Shown: positions 22,513-34,824 of the stretch, piece after piece
Layout of the letters: each line of letters starts with the position of its first letter
Numbering within the stretch: the first letter of the stretch is position 1
Source of the DNA: Takakia lepidozioides
Taxonomy: Eukaryota; Plantae; Bryophyta
NCBI GenBank assembly: GCA_030704615.1
Contig: CM060732.1
Coordinates: 22,506,001-22,570,000 of the forward strand
Direction of reading: 5' to 3'
DNA length: 64,000 nt
Program-made: the position numbers and the translations under genes
Notes under the pieces: model-generated
Databases searched by the model: none
What the model was told of the DNA's origin: nothing
The model's input: only the letters and a program-made list of their open reading frames with translations

Positions 22513-23714
22513 CAAAAGGAACCTGATTACCTTGATATGTACTTATCCCACTGTTTTGTTGTTTATTGATAATTTGATCTTCCATTTGTCTTGCACTTGC
22601 AGTTTAACCTCAACATATTTTCATTCTACAGATCTTCCAGATTTGGCCTAACATTTGCCATTTTGAATCGTTTTTCCCCAGTCACATTCAATGATCGAAT
22701 TCGCAAAGAGGAAGAAGAGCTCCGTAATTGGGAAGAATGGCGGGCGTCCCGGGAGCTTCAAGGGCATCAAGATCATCAAGTAGAGTTACAAGTAACATTA
22801 CAGATGATAATGTTAGGTTTGAGTTTCCTGAAAGTATCTCCGTTTCCTGTGGTGCGGAGACCGTTGTAAGTGGTTGTGGTAACCAGAGGCGTCTTCGAAT
22901 ATATGCCTTGACTGCGAGCCGTTTGGGATGAGGCTTTGTATTATTAATGAGTGAGTGTAAGCTGTTGTATGGCTTCGAGACGATGGATAACATTAAGTCC
23001 ATCAACGGATGTACAGTTGACGTTATTTATTTATTTATTTTCTCCCCAATATAATCTATTTATTACAAAATTACGAGGAAAAAAAAACCCCCAGATTACA
23101 CCATGAGGGTTACACACCGTAGTCAGTGAGGAGTGACCCTTACCTTGCACCAAGTTGTGCAGCCTCGTACTTATAAAGAAAACTCCCAAAAAATAGCCTA
23201 GCCTAGCCTAGCCTATCCTCGGTAATCTCAGATGCATGCTGCGCTGATTGAAGGTTTCTCGTCATTTTTTGTGTTGGTCCGTCGCCAAAGTTACAATCTC
23301 AAATAAAATATGAATGTTTATCATCAATATTTCCGTAGGCTAATTCTTTCATGTCGTCCTCTACATCATGCCATGATTGTTCCATGTTTTGTTATGTATG
23401 TCGTCGGTATTGGTAGTAACTACTTCCTGCAAATTTTTTTGGAAATATGACCTCTCATCATGATTTGATTCATTGCATCCTCCCATTTCTTCCATGAACG
23501 TCAACTTGTTGTTCTAAGACCACAATACATACTTATATTTCTCCATAGAATGTATGGAGGATTATTATTCATGGTTATATTGTATATAAATAGCCAAATA
23601 ATTATATATATCTCTTTATTTTTTATTATTATAAATTATATTTATTCATATATCTTATATTATTTCTGGACCAAACAAAAGTCCAGAATTAGTTAAAATA
23701 GTGTTATAACACCT

Positions 23715-24130
23715 TGGAAGCATACTATGACGGAGACTATGCTGGGGATATCACTGACAAGAAATCAAGATCAGGTCGTGTTCTCATGTTGAATCAAAGA
23801 ACCATTGTTTGGGGGAGTCGGAAGTAGACATGCACGACCAGCTCCACCACAGAGTCGGAATATATTACCGCAAGTGTCACAACCAAAAAGATCATATGGA
23901 TCCGACGTTTGCTTTACGATTTGGGATTCCCGCAGGAAATCAGCACAAGATTGTATCGTGACAATCAGGCTAGTATCAGATTGGTACACAATTCGGATAA
24001 TCATCATTGTACTAAGTATGTGGACGTGCAGTTCTTTGTGAGCAACAACGGAAAGGAGCTATTGACATGCTCTATGTCAACACAAGTGACCAGGTTGTTG
24101 ATATTTCTACTAAGCCCCTCTTTGCAGACC
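23715..24130 (+). pseudogene. Ty1/copia RNase H relic
   Basis: DYAGDITDKKSRSG, STTESEY, LYRDNQASIRL..N...H..TKYVDV, DQVVDISTKPL; purine tract ATGAGTGGGAG near 24283. Confidence 0.8.
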
Positions 24131-25746
24131 ACTTCCAAAAACTTTGCACATGCTTGGTGTGGTTTGTCATGTTTCGACAGTTGATCAAGGGAACTAGGAG
24201 TTTTGATGATCACTGGCAGTGGGAGCATATTAGGCTCTACATCTTGCTCCCAAGAGTTTCGATAAGTCAGAGTGTTGGATTAATGAGTGGGAGTGCCTAC
24301 GTAGAGACCTATGGGCTAGATAGACCGCGGCCAATGACACGGCCTTGACCACTTGTCTTGACCACTCAATGCATGGACAAATAGTATATTGCCGTTCTTC
24401 TAGCCAGTGGCCACTCTCTTGATTGAGTTCTAGCTTAAGTTCAATCTAGTGTTTGTCTCTTGCACTTGAAATTTGTATGTGTAGTTCGACATATGCTTAT
24501 GTAACACGGCCGTTGTGCATACAAGCTTGCATACAGATGAAGTTGCACTAGCATATCAGTAAAAAGCTAGCACTTCCCTGTGTGACAGATACTCTAGTTC
24601 CCGTTAACTTGTATACCAAGTGCTGTAGTTTTTTTTCTTCAACAAGCATTCAGAAGTGATTGTCCCATAAATAATTTGTCGTCTGTGCCTCTGCAAATTG
24701 GTAACTTGCACGAATTCCCATTAGTAAATGTTACATACGAGGGCAAAGAGTTTGTGTTACTTACATGTATCTCATCGTCCTTTTCACATTGCTCAACTGA
24801 CCTCTAAGTCAGCAAGTCTAACTAGATGCTTAAGATAAATTGCGAGAACCATTCACAGTGCTATATCTTTGTAATCCCCCCACAATTAAATTAGCATTTG
24901 CATCAACTCAAGAAGGTACGTCTTCCAAGGACTTTCAAGGACAATTTTACATTGATGATTGATGCCCTGTCCACTAAGGAAGCACTGTAACCAAGCAGGA
25001 CTAAGCAGGACTTCACTCCCAAGTACAACTTTACAGAAGTCTTTGGATCCATAGATTAAATTAGATTAGATTTAAATCTCAGACATGTAGAGGATCCACA
25101 GAGTTTCTGAGCAAACTCCGACTTAAAGTTAACTAGCATCATGTACATGTATCCAGAAAATTGTCCAAGGGTTTGACAGTTTAACTAATCCGTTCGATGT
25201 TTAATCACGGAAACGGTCAATTGAGTGCATGTATGTCTCTTGGCATTGAAGCAACATTGCTCTTATTTATACATCTATCTATGGGTATTGCAAGTTACTC
25301 AACTGCTCCCATGGTTGAGTTGCAGTTAAGATCAATTCAGTGACTAACCGTTGGTGAATTCTGGACCTGTAGTCCATCTGGGTTCTCGTCGCTCGCGTGA
25401 CAAGATCTAGTGTCTCACTTGTGTACTTTACAGCAATGACATGATCTGGCATTTGGCCCTCAAGCCTTAGGAGCATGAGACTGCAAGCAATTGCCGTGAA
25501 CAATGGCCGTTTGGCAATGAAAGCTTAGGTATATATGCTCCTTGGAATCCTCCTCTTTCTTCTTCCAGCCCATCGTATATATGTGTCACCAGCCAGTGTA
25601 GCCAGAAAGAGTAATGGACCTTTCTGGACATTTGCGCGAGCCATGAATTCGCAGTGCGGTACGTACAATGATTATGATTCACAGGGCAATCACCTAGTTA
25701 TGAAGGGTAAAAATTGTCTCCAGGGTTGCAGTCGCCCTTCGGATTT

Positions 25747-28700
25747 TTATTGGGTGCGATGCAGCCTGGCTATAAGTTCCTTCCTTAGAATCTTGCCAGC
25801 AGCTGATTTGGGGATGGCGTCAATAAATATCACTTTCCGCACTTTCTTGTATGGGGCAACCTGAACATTCGCAAGTAACCTCGAAAATCAATGATCCTGA
25901 AGAAAGTAATTGGAAACTTCATGGAAGGCTTTAGACTAAAATACCAATTTAGTAAATTCCCGTGCGGAAACTGAGGTTTCAGAAATTTGCAAGCGGTACA
26001 GAGCCGACATGACACAGGTTCCAAGAAGACAACCCTGCAATTGTGCCGACTATCAGTTAGCAATAGAGTGAATGCCAAGAGACATGAAGAATTACCTGTT
26101 TTCCCACAAATTCAATAACGTTAGCTTCAGATAGATCGGAGTCCTCTCGTCTCACGACACATGCTACTGGGAGCTCCCCTGCCTCCTCATCGGGAAGCCT
26201 GAGATACAAAAGCAGAATACACGGATGGAAGTTACATACAGTATTCATGAAAGTTATCTGTTCATATTCTTAGATCCGCGCCTCATTCATGGGCTGCAAC
26301 TTCCACCAGAAAGGCGATTGTGGTACCAACGCGTTCGAATTTTAGATGCTGATAGCTAAGGTTTACATTCCGATTGAGATTTGACATGATGGAGGTCAGG
26401 AAAAACTAAACAATGTCGAGAGTGGATTCGCTGAAAATCTGAGGAAAGTGTGAGCATGAAATATTTATCAAAACGTGAATTTGAGGGTACACCATCCCGC
26501 AATCCCATCAACGTTCATGCCAATCTACGTGTACGGCTGGTTGGAACTCACGGAATGACTGCGACATCCAAAATTTTGGGGTGGGTCAGCATGACTGCTT
26601 CGAGCTCTCCTGGTGCTACCTGTTCCCAGGAAAAATCGAAAATCGGATGTCAAACTCGGAGAACAAATGTTAGACCAAATTATCGGCGTAAGAAGTAACC
26701 AGTGATTGTTTTGCTTGGCAGCTTACCTGCACGAGGCCTTCACCCTTAGAAAATCACTCGAGCAAAAGATTTATTGTCACCTCTGGTTTTGTTTCCTCAT
26801 GTTTTCTTCCATTTTGTCCCATAAGCTCTATCAGCTTTCCGCGGACGTTATAAAGTACCATTTCTTTTCATTTCCCGAGATCTCAAAGTTCTACCGTGAG
26901 TCAGCGTTTCGTCACTTATCAACGTCGTGCACAAGATTGCTCAAAGGCGAAATGTAACAATTTGCAGGTCAACTTAAAGCATGAAACAGATTTGATCTTG
27001 AGGAATTGGTACCTGATGGGCCTTGTACTTGATGATTTCTTTGAGGCGGTCAACAATGAAGAGATAGCCATTGTTGTCTACATAACCAAGGTCCCCAGTG
27101 TGCAGCCAGCCTTGTTTGTCCTTTGCTTCGGCCGTTGCTTCAGGGTTGTCGAGATAGCCTACGCCACAACGATCACAAAGGCCAAGATCAGTGGGGCCAA
27201 AAAAAATGTTCTGACTGACATATCTATCAATCGCTGATCGGTTATCTCATCTGCATCACAAGATCTTGACGTAGAAACTCACCAGTCATAACCTGGGGCC
27301 CACGGATCCAAATCTCGCCAGATTCCATAGGAGGAAGTGCCTTTCCTGTTCCTAATTCGGAGATGCGGGCCTCTATACCATCCGTCATCACGCCTACAGA
27401 TCCCCACTGCAGTCGCTCATTTGCCAGCACACTGAATGAAATCAGTGGACACTCCGTCATGCCATATCCCTGCACCCAAGACGATTGAAATGTCTGAGAA
27501 TTGATGTACGCCTGCGAACTGTACATAAAAAAAAGGTTCCAGAAACGTGACATAGAGCTAGATGATATTCAGTCCGGCATCCATTGAAAAGGGATTCATG
27601 AAGAGGAAGCACCTGGCGTATTGTGCACTGAGGAAACATAGCTGCGCATGCCTGCAGGGTATCCTCACGCAGGGATGCTGCTCCTGAGATCCGTCAAAAC
27701 CAATCCTGAGTGAGTCACGCGACTTTTTATGACCGCGGTGCTTGAGAACACTAAGGAGCACATCGCATCAGTAGTGTCTGATCCAATTAGCCACATGTGG
27801 GGTAAATCCCAAGAATTGGTTTATCAGTGTGTGGATGACTACGTAGGTCCTATAATATAACTTTCGCACAAATAAACTGGAGAAAGCGTCATCAATCTTG
27901 CACTAACAGATCACCTCTGTAGTGTGCGTAAATCAATATCTAACGTATACCTGTTGCAATGATACGCATTGAACTCAGGTCGTATTTTTCGACCTCCGCG
28001 CTCTTCACCAGCGAAACAATGATAGGTGGCACAAGTGTCACCACAGTAATTTTGTAGGTCTCAATATAGTGGAGCATTTGTTGAAGAGAGTATCTAGACA
28101 TGGTCACTACAGCTCCACCTCTCTCAAGAGTTGCCAACATCACAATGCCAATTCCATACACATGGTACAGAGGGATGACGGCCAGACACACATCCATCTC
28201 GCTGGTGGATGCCCCTGGCTCTAGAGTGTTGTATGCCGTGACGGCAGACATAAAGTTTCTGTGAGTCAGTTCAACCCCTTTGCTCAGGCCTGTGGTACCC
28301 GATGAAAAGAGCAATGTGCATGTGTCGTCAGCCCGTGTTTCAGGATACACAACGCTATTTTTACTCGCGTTCTGAGCATCGCAGAGTTCAGAGAAGAGGG
28401 TAATTGAAGAAGACTCGGAGATCTTGCTTCTTGCCGATTCACCACCTGCATGTGCAACAAATAATTATCAGATCTATCAACAACAGGCGGTAGCTCTTTG
28501 GGGTGCTCAAGTGACACCATAAGTTACGCCTGCTTGCTTCGGCAGGAGTCTTCCTCTCCTCTCATTGGTACTTAATAGAAAACAATTTAACCTGTATGTT
28601 CTTGAAAAGTCTATCTAGGCCTGACAACTTCTTTCTCTAGATTAAACCAAGGGAATTGGGATACATTTTGTTTTTCCCAGTAGTGATTGCTTAACTAGTT

Positions 28701-29387
28701 CATACCTATGAGGACGGTGGGCAGATTGCACGTCTGGAACTTGGTCATCTGCTCCGGCACTGTGACCACAAACTTGGCATTTGATTGCTTCACCTGCTTG
28801 ACAATGTCTGCCTCTGTGCTCAGTGGGTTGGAGGTCGCGGCTATCGCACCAAGAGAAAGGATTGCGAGATACACAACCGGAAACTCAGGAAGATTGGGGG
28901 AAAGCATCAACACCACATCGCCTTGCTGTACACCGAGAGAGGCCAGCCCAGCAGCTGCGCGTGCCACCCATTTTCGCACCTGCAATTCCAATAATTCGAC
29001 AAGCTGATTAGGCGAAGGCGATCCTCATCCCTGAGTGCTGCTAGGACGTTCAGTCCGTGAGCCTGACATGTACACCTATTGAAATTTTGAGACGCTACAA
29101 AACTTATTATTTCTCCAGGATGGTCTTGAGCAAATTTGACTAACCTGGTCGTAAGTATAACGATTCCCAGTAGCTCCATCCACCAGGGCGGTCTTTGAGG
29201 CAAACCGCACACTTGCAGATTCGAGAATGAAGGACGCCAGATTTGTGTGAGATGTAGGAGGCAGTTGCCCAGTCCGATAAACTATCTCATCGGAGCCACT
29301 CTTTGCAACGTAACAGTTTGGTTTTAGCTTTGAGTTAACCGGTAGAGCTTCACCCACGGCGGCGTTCGATTCTGCTAGCACAGCCAT
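25747..29387 (-). CDS. 4-coumarate:CoA ligase-like acyl-activating enzyme, 9 exons (29387-29145, 28979-28706, 28445-27951, 27683-27613, 27469-27283, 27158-27013, 26619-26552, 26198-26096, 25860-25747)
   Basis: [14 protein letters not shown] (AMP-binding box I), [15 protein letters not shown] (4CL-like rather than GEICIRG), [30 protein letters not shown]; GT-AG introns; ends RTQ, so no PTS1. Confidence 0.92.
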
Positions 29388-32300
29388 AATTATCGCTGCT
29401 GAAACTAGCTTGCAGGGACACTGGAAAGCAAATGTAAGACTGTTGAATAAGGTACGGCTCACGAAGTAAAACTTTCCAGGGTAGGCCGCTGAGAGCAAGC
29501 GAAAACAGCTCAGAATCCAAATCTTTCCAGACCTTACAGCGGCAGATTCTGGCACGCTGGTATGACACAGCGGGGCTCTGCCTCGATGCTGCTTCAGATC
29601 CAGGAAGATGATGACTACGAGGGCGGCAGGGGAAGGTAGTGGGTTTTCTAGATGGCCACAGCAGCTCGAGCTCTAGCTCACAGGGGGTGCTGTGGGCCCC
29701 GGATCGATCGCTGTGTGCAAGTCAGCAATTGACCGCGAAGGAGGGCTTGGTCCTTCGCTGGACTCGGACGAGTGGGCAGGGCTGGGGCGGGCGGGTCAAA
29801 GCGTGGCTGCGCGTACCCTCCCTGCTGCCACCTTTTCTTCCGCCGCCTTTTCTGCCGCTATTTCTTTCATATTTTTCTCACTATTATCCTTCTATTATAT
29901 TCTATCTTATGCCTTGCCAGTGCATAACCTGGGTGATCCTGGGTTCAAACCTTCAACATGTGCCTTCAAACTGTCCATCGATGGGCTGTGCGTTGAGCAG
30001 TAGGCTCTGTACAGTGTAAATTCAGTCGACGTTAAAGAAACTTTATCCTTTATGTTACGGACAATAGTCAAATGCGATGGTAGATATTGATTTCCGAGCC
30101 AGCCGACTTTGCGGACTATGTGTGGGCGGCGGGCTGTCTGTCGTGAAGTAAGAAATAAAGTAAATAGAGAATATAATAACGTGAACAGTGAACAGAAACA
30201 CTGTGACTGGAAATTCCATTCCTGTTTGAGCATGCTGATGCCTGGCATGGTTGACTTGTTGCGCCCTCGTACGAGAGTGGAGCAGAAAAAAGAGATATCA
30301 AGTTTGGCTTGCTCGGCCATAAACATCTCTCACTCGCGCTATCCATGCACTCATTTCGTAACGTAGGATAGTTTTGGAACGTTTTCCAGAGTTGTGGAGT
30401 ATATCACGCATGTTGTTCGCTGGAATGATTTTGATAGCGAACCACGGTATTCTCATGGTTGTTACATTCACGAAATTCCACTTGGGAGGAATAAATAATT
30501 GCTTAAAAATAGAATTTATTGGGCTGGATGCAGAGTTATTCGGCCAACCCAATTGAAACTAAATGCTTTACATGCTATACGTTTTTCTATACTTTTTTGA
30601 AAGGCAGGGAAGTTGTACTACTTATCTGTTGGGGCTGTTGGCGTTTATGGTTTGATACAATCCGCTCTCTCCCGACTAGGTGCAAGGAGATCGGCTAATG
30701 AAAGGACAGATCTACTGATCTTTAACGGTCAAGATCGCACCTGGGTATGCAGATTAGAACAAGTAATGAGGGTCCAACATCCATGAAGGGTGTTTCCCTT
30801 CCATAATGTCGTTGCCTCATCGGGGAGGGCTTCGACGTGAAGTGAGGTAATGGCCGCGATGTCATGCGATTTCCGCTTATAAGGGGTCGACGAGACTGCT
30901 CGCCGCTCCAAGTCAGGGCTCCCCATTGAAATGCGGTTAATATGACAGTGTTGTGTTGGATATGGTCAAAACAAAAGTTAGCTAGCAGGTGATGCATAAG
31001 TGATAATATTACTCCACATGCTGCAGGTGTTAGGTATAGGTCTACTAGGGTCATGGGAAAACAGAGCTTGGTGGGACCAAAGCTCTTGACTCCACATAGT
31101 AAAAGTCGCCGGGGAATAGCATAAACATTATTTGCACAAAGACAGGGGATCCATGGATGATGATGCAATGCTTATGGCATGGGGCCATCCATCTATCAGA
31201 TGATATTAGGTAGTTAATTACCAACCCTAATTACCATCCTATAATTTGAGGAATACTTTTGGGAAAGGGAAATCAGGTCATGGCACTTTGAGGTGATTTT
31301 TTCCTCTTTCAGTTTAAGCAAAGGGGATCCGTTCCCATTTAAGAAAATTTAAAAAATAATAAAATCAGGAACTTCCCATAATGTTTGCCCTTAAATCTGG
31401 GGCGCCACATGAGGAGCTCTATATATAAAAAGTGCCATTTGAGATCAGTAGACCAGCATTCGACTGGAGAGCGTTTGGGTGTGAGGCAGAATAGTGAGCT
31501 GTGCATTCCACTGCTGATGCTCGGCCGTCTCTTCAAACAGCTCTGTTATATGCTCGAGCCTCGCACTCTCAGATCTGGATTTTCTGTGATTCATGCCTAA
31601 GATCAGCTTTCTGAGGAGACGTCCTGACTGCAATTCTATGCTTGTCAGTAGTTTGCTCAGTTTCTTCCATCGATAGCGGTAATGTAGTAGTTTCCTGTCT
31701 TTGAAGTTCAGAAGAAGAAAGAGAGTTGCTCTGCGGCAACTTCGTTTGCTACTGGGAATGTTGGCCTTGAATGTTGGCTCTAGCGATGGAGGGGCCGTTT
31801 CTTTTACCCTACAGTACTCCACTTTCAAGAACAAGGTTGTAAAGCTGAACTCTATTAGAATCTATTAAGTGCATTAATATATATCCACAAGAATCAGAAG
31901 GCTAGAGCTTAAGAGATGGTTCAAATTTGTGAACATTTCATTTGAGAAATCCTTGTCCACACCTTATAGGTGATACTAGAACAGTTTGATTTCTTTTTGT
32001 CAATATATCTAGCTCTAGATATGAGCTTTTGTTTCTCGTCTTGGGGACAGTTTTACCCATTTGTACAGTCACCCCACTTGGGTCTTCTAATAAACTATGC
32101 GGCACTTAACTCTCAAGAGGCAAGAGGGAAGCCAGGGCTCGAGCAGGGCTCATTCTAAATGAGTAAGTTGGGTGTCCTCCTGTCATTCTCTGAGTTTCTT
32201 ACGTATCTGGCAGTGCAAGAATATAGTGGAACGCCAGACCGCAGTGAAGGGTGCCTCATCTGCAGAAACCCATGTGTGTTGATCATGTGCATCCAGCTCG

Positions 32301-33048
32301 CTAGGGCTACATTTGACTTCCTGAGCTCAGGCATGCACTTTGGTGCTGTTTGGTAATATTCGTGTCCATCTGAATAAATCAATAGATACAGAAATCCCAA
32401 GAAGTTTTGCATTTTGCAAAGGACTGTTTGGTAGAGTACTGAACAAAAATTTCTGTCGATTGCACTGTGGTACTCTTCAGTATACCAGTTCATGGACACA
32501 GAAATCTTCAAATTTATGCAGTTTTTTAAGGACTGTTTGGTAGAGTGAACAGGAGTTGGCTGCCCTGATCTGTACACTATACACTTAAGGACTTCATATG
32601 AATGATTTGATAGTCTCAAGGGACTTTAGAGCTCGGTATCTAGAATAAATCAGTTGAGCATCATGTTGTGCGAATGTGGAAATCAATGCAGAGCTGAAAC
32701 CTTGAGCTCGGACATTCTGTTAAATCAATCTAACCCATTATCGATTGGCAACAGGGACAGTCACTTGATTATATGCATTCTCGAATCATCATTGCATGTA
32801 TGCGACCTTACCCCAACTTAACTCTAGATACATATCTCTAGAGACCTTCTGATCTCTTTTGCGCTCTCCTAATTCGTTCCAGCTTTCGAGAAGATAAAGT
32901 CCGCACTTCATACCTAAGTTTTAATGAACACGCCTAATTTTTTAATGTTCCTGAGCCAATTTGACGGATACATTTGATCTCGTTACATTCTCAACTGGAC
33001 ATCGTCAGATCAAAAACTTGGAAAGTTGAAAAAGTATGATTATCTCGA

Positions 33049-34437
33049 CTAGGCAATGGCTACACTCCTCAGAAGAGACACCTCCATGTTGAAGCCTGGA
33101 CCCATGCCTATCAGAAAACCCCATTCGCAGCCGCCGCCTGTCGTAGATGCACCCAAACGTTTGGAGCGCTTCCTCATCTCATCCATGACAAACAAGCAAG
33201 TCGGGCTGGCCATAATGCCAAAGTTGTCCAAAATGTCCCAGCTGGGTTGCAACTTCTCTTTTGGTAAGCCGAATGTTTCGGCCACCACCTCCAGAATTTT
33301 GTAGGCACCCGGATGCACAACCCAGAACATGTCATTCCATTCAGGGGACCCAACTAATGCTCGTCCTTCAGACACTAGTTCCTCCAAGTGTTTAATAATC
33401 AACTTGGGCACTTCGTCCTTCTGCAGAGTCTGGAGCAAACCTGCTTCAGTGATGTCTCCGAAAATGAGGTGCTCACTGTTTGGCACTACCATCTGTATCG
33501 ACCAGTATGACTCGAATATAGGGCGCTCCACTCCTGGAAGTGGGTCAGAACCCACGACAAGGGCACACGCGCCATCTGCCAATGTCACATGAGCCTGAAA
33601 ACCATCAATCTTGTAGAGCGTATCTTCGATTGGAGCTCTGAAGTTCATCACAGTGGTAGCTTCCACGGCAATCACCAGCACACGCGCGCCCTTAGCGCTC
33701 GCGGCGAGGTTTCTCGCCACTCGCATGACCGCACCCCCACCCCAGCAGCCCGCCTGGTACATACACACGCGCTGCACAGTCGGCCGTAGCCCGAGCAACC
33801 TGGCGAGCTTGAGGTCAGCCCCGGGAATGCACGTCACGCTTGTCGTGACCATAACCATATGAGTGATATCTGTCAAGGCGCCCCCCCCCATTCCTCAATT
33901 GCTTTGAGTGCTGCCTCGTGGGCAAGCTCAGGAACCACAACGGTCACTATATCTGTGCGCGCCTTCAAAGAGTTGTCCCAGTAGGTGGTCAGCTCTGGAT
34001 GGGCTTTCAGGATTTCCTCTGTCAGGAACGTATGCCTTTTGCTGATGCAAGAAGAATCGCCTGCAATGCAAATAAAGAAGAATTTTCAGCGGATCGCTCT
34101 TAGGTCTACCATAATCTCGCATGTATATCTCTAGAAACCAACCCAAGGGAAACAACACATCTTAGAGAGTTCCAGGTTAATTAGCCATCTACAGTCCAGC
34201 ATCGAATGGGTACTCACACATGCGTTTGAACTTCGCTTTTAGGGAAGTATTGTCGCTGCAATCGCACAATTCGAAGAGTTTGTCATGGTAAGTGGCTTGC
34301 TCTATGATTGTCGGGGGCTTGGCGGTTCCGATCCCCAGAACTGAAGCGGGTCCCTCTGCTCGTGGCACCATCCTTGCGACCGGGACATACTGGTGGGCGA
34401 CAACTCCATTCGCCCCATTCTCTGCTACCGGGGCCAT
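33049..34437 (-). pseudogene. Type III polyketide synthase (chalcone synthase superfamily), 2 exons (34437-34218, 34060-33049), frameshift in G9 run at 33881-33889, catalytic Asn reads Ile
   Basis: RAEGPASVLGIGTA, conserved intron in the Cys codon, MYQAGCWGG, WVVHPG, FGIMASPT, GMGPGF. Confidence 0.9.
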
Positions 34438-34568
34438 TAGTATAACAAAATTGTAGAGCTCCAGAGCAAATTTGAGACCTTATACACAACTTTTGAACTC
34501 CAAAGCTTAGCTGGCCTGTTATTCGAGGAGAAAGGAGGGTCACTCAACTCTAGATACAGGAGAGAAGA

Positions 34569-34759
34569 TGCAAACTTGAGAGAGAAGAAGATGAGAGTGT
34601 GGTGCCCAAAGGGCGTGTTGATACCAGTGTTGGGTGGGTATATCATTACCTGATATACCAATATATATATGCAAACTTGAGAGAAGAAGATGAGAGTGTG
34701 GTGCCCAAAGGGCGTGTCGATACAAGTGTTGGTTGGGTATATTCATTACCTGATATACC
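34569..34759. repeat. Tandem duplication of about 100 bp just upstream of the PKS start codon
   Basis: ATGCAAACTTGAGAGA..GATGAGAGTGTGGTGCCCAAAGGGCGTG...CATTACCTGATATACC at 34569 and 34669. Confidence 0.85.
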
Positions 34760-34824
34760 GATCTATATATACCCTGGTGTGGCAAGTGTAGGTACATTGA
34801 TGTGCCTGCGAATTTTCGGTAAGA

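Noticed and set aside
29639-32619. Short ORFs between the 4CL-like and PKS genes
   Set aside because: No recognisable motifs or consistent exon structure.
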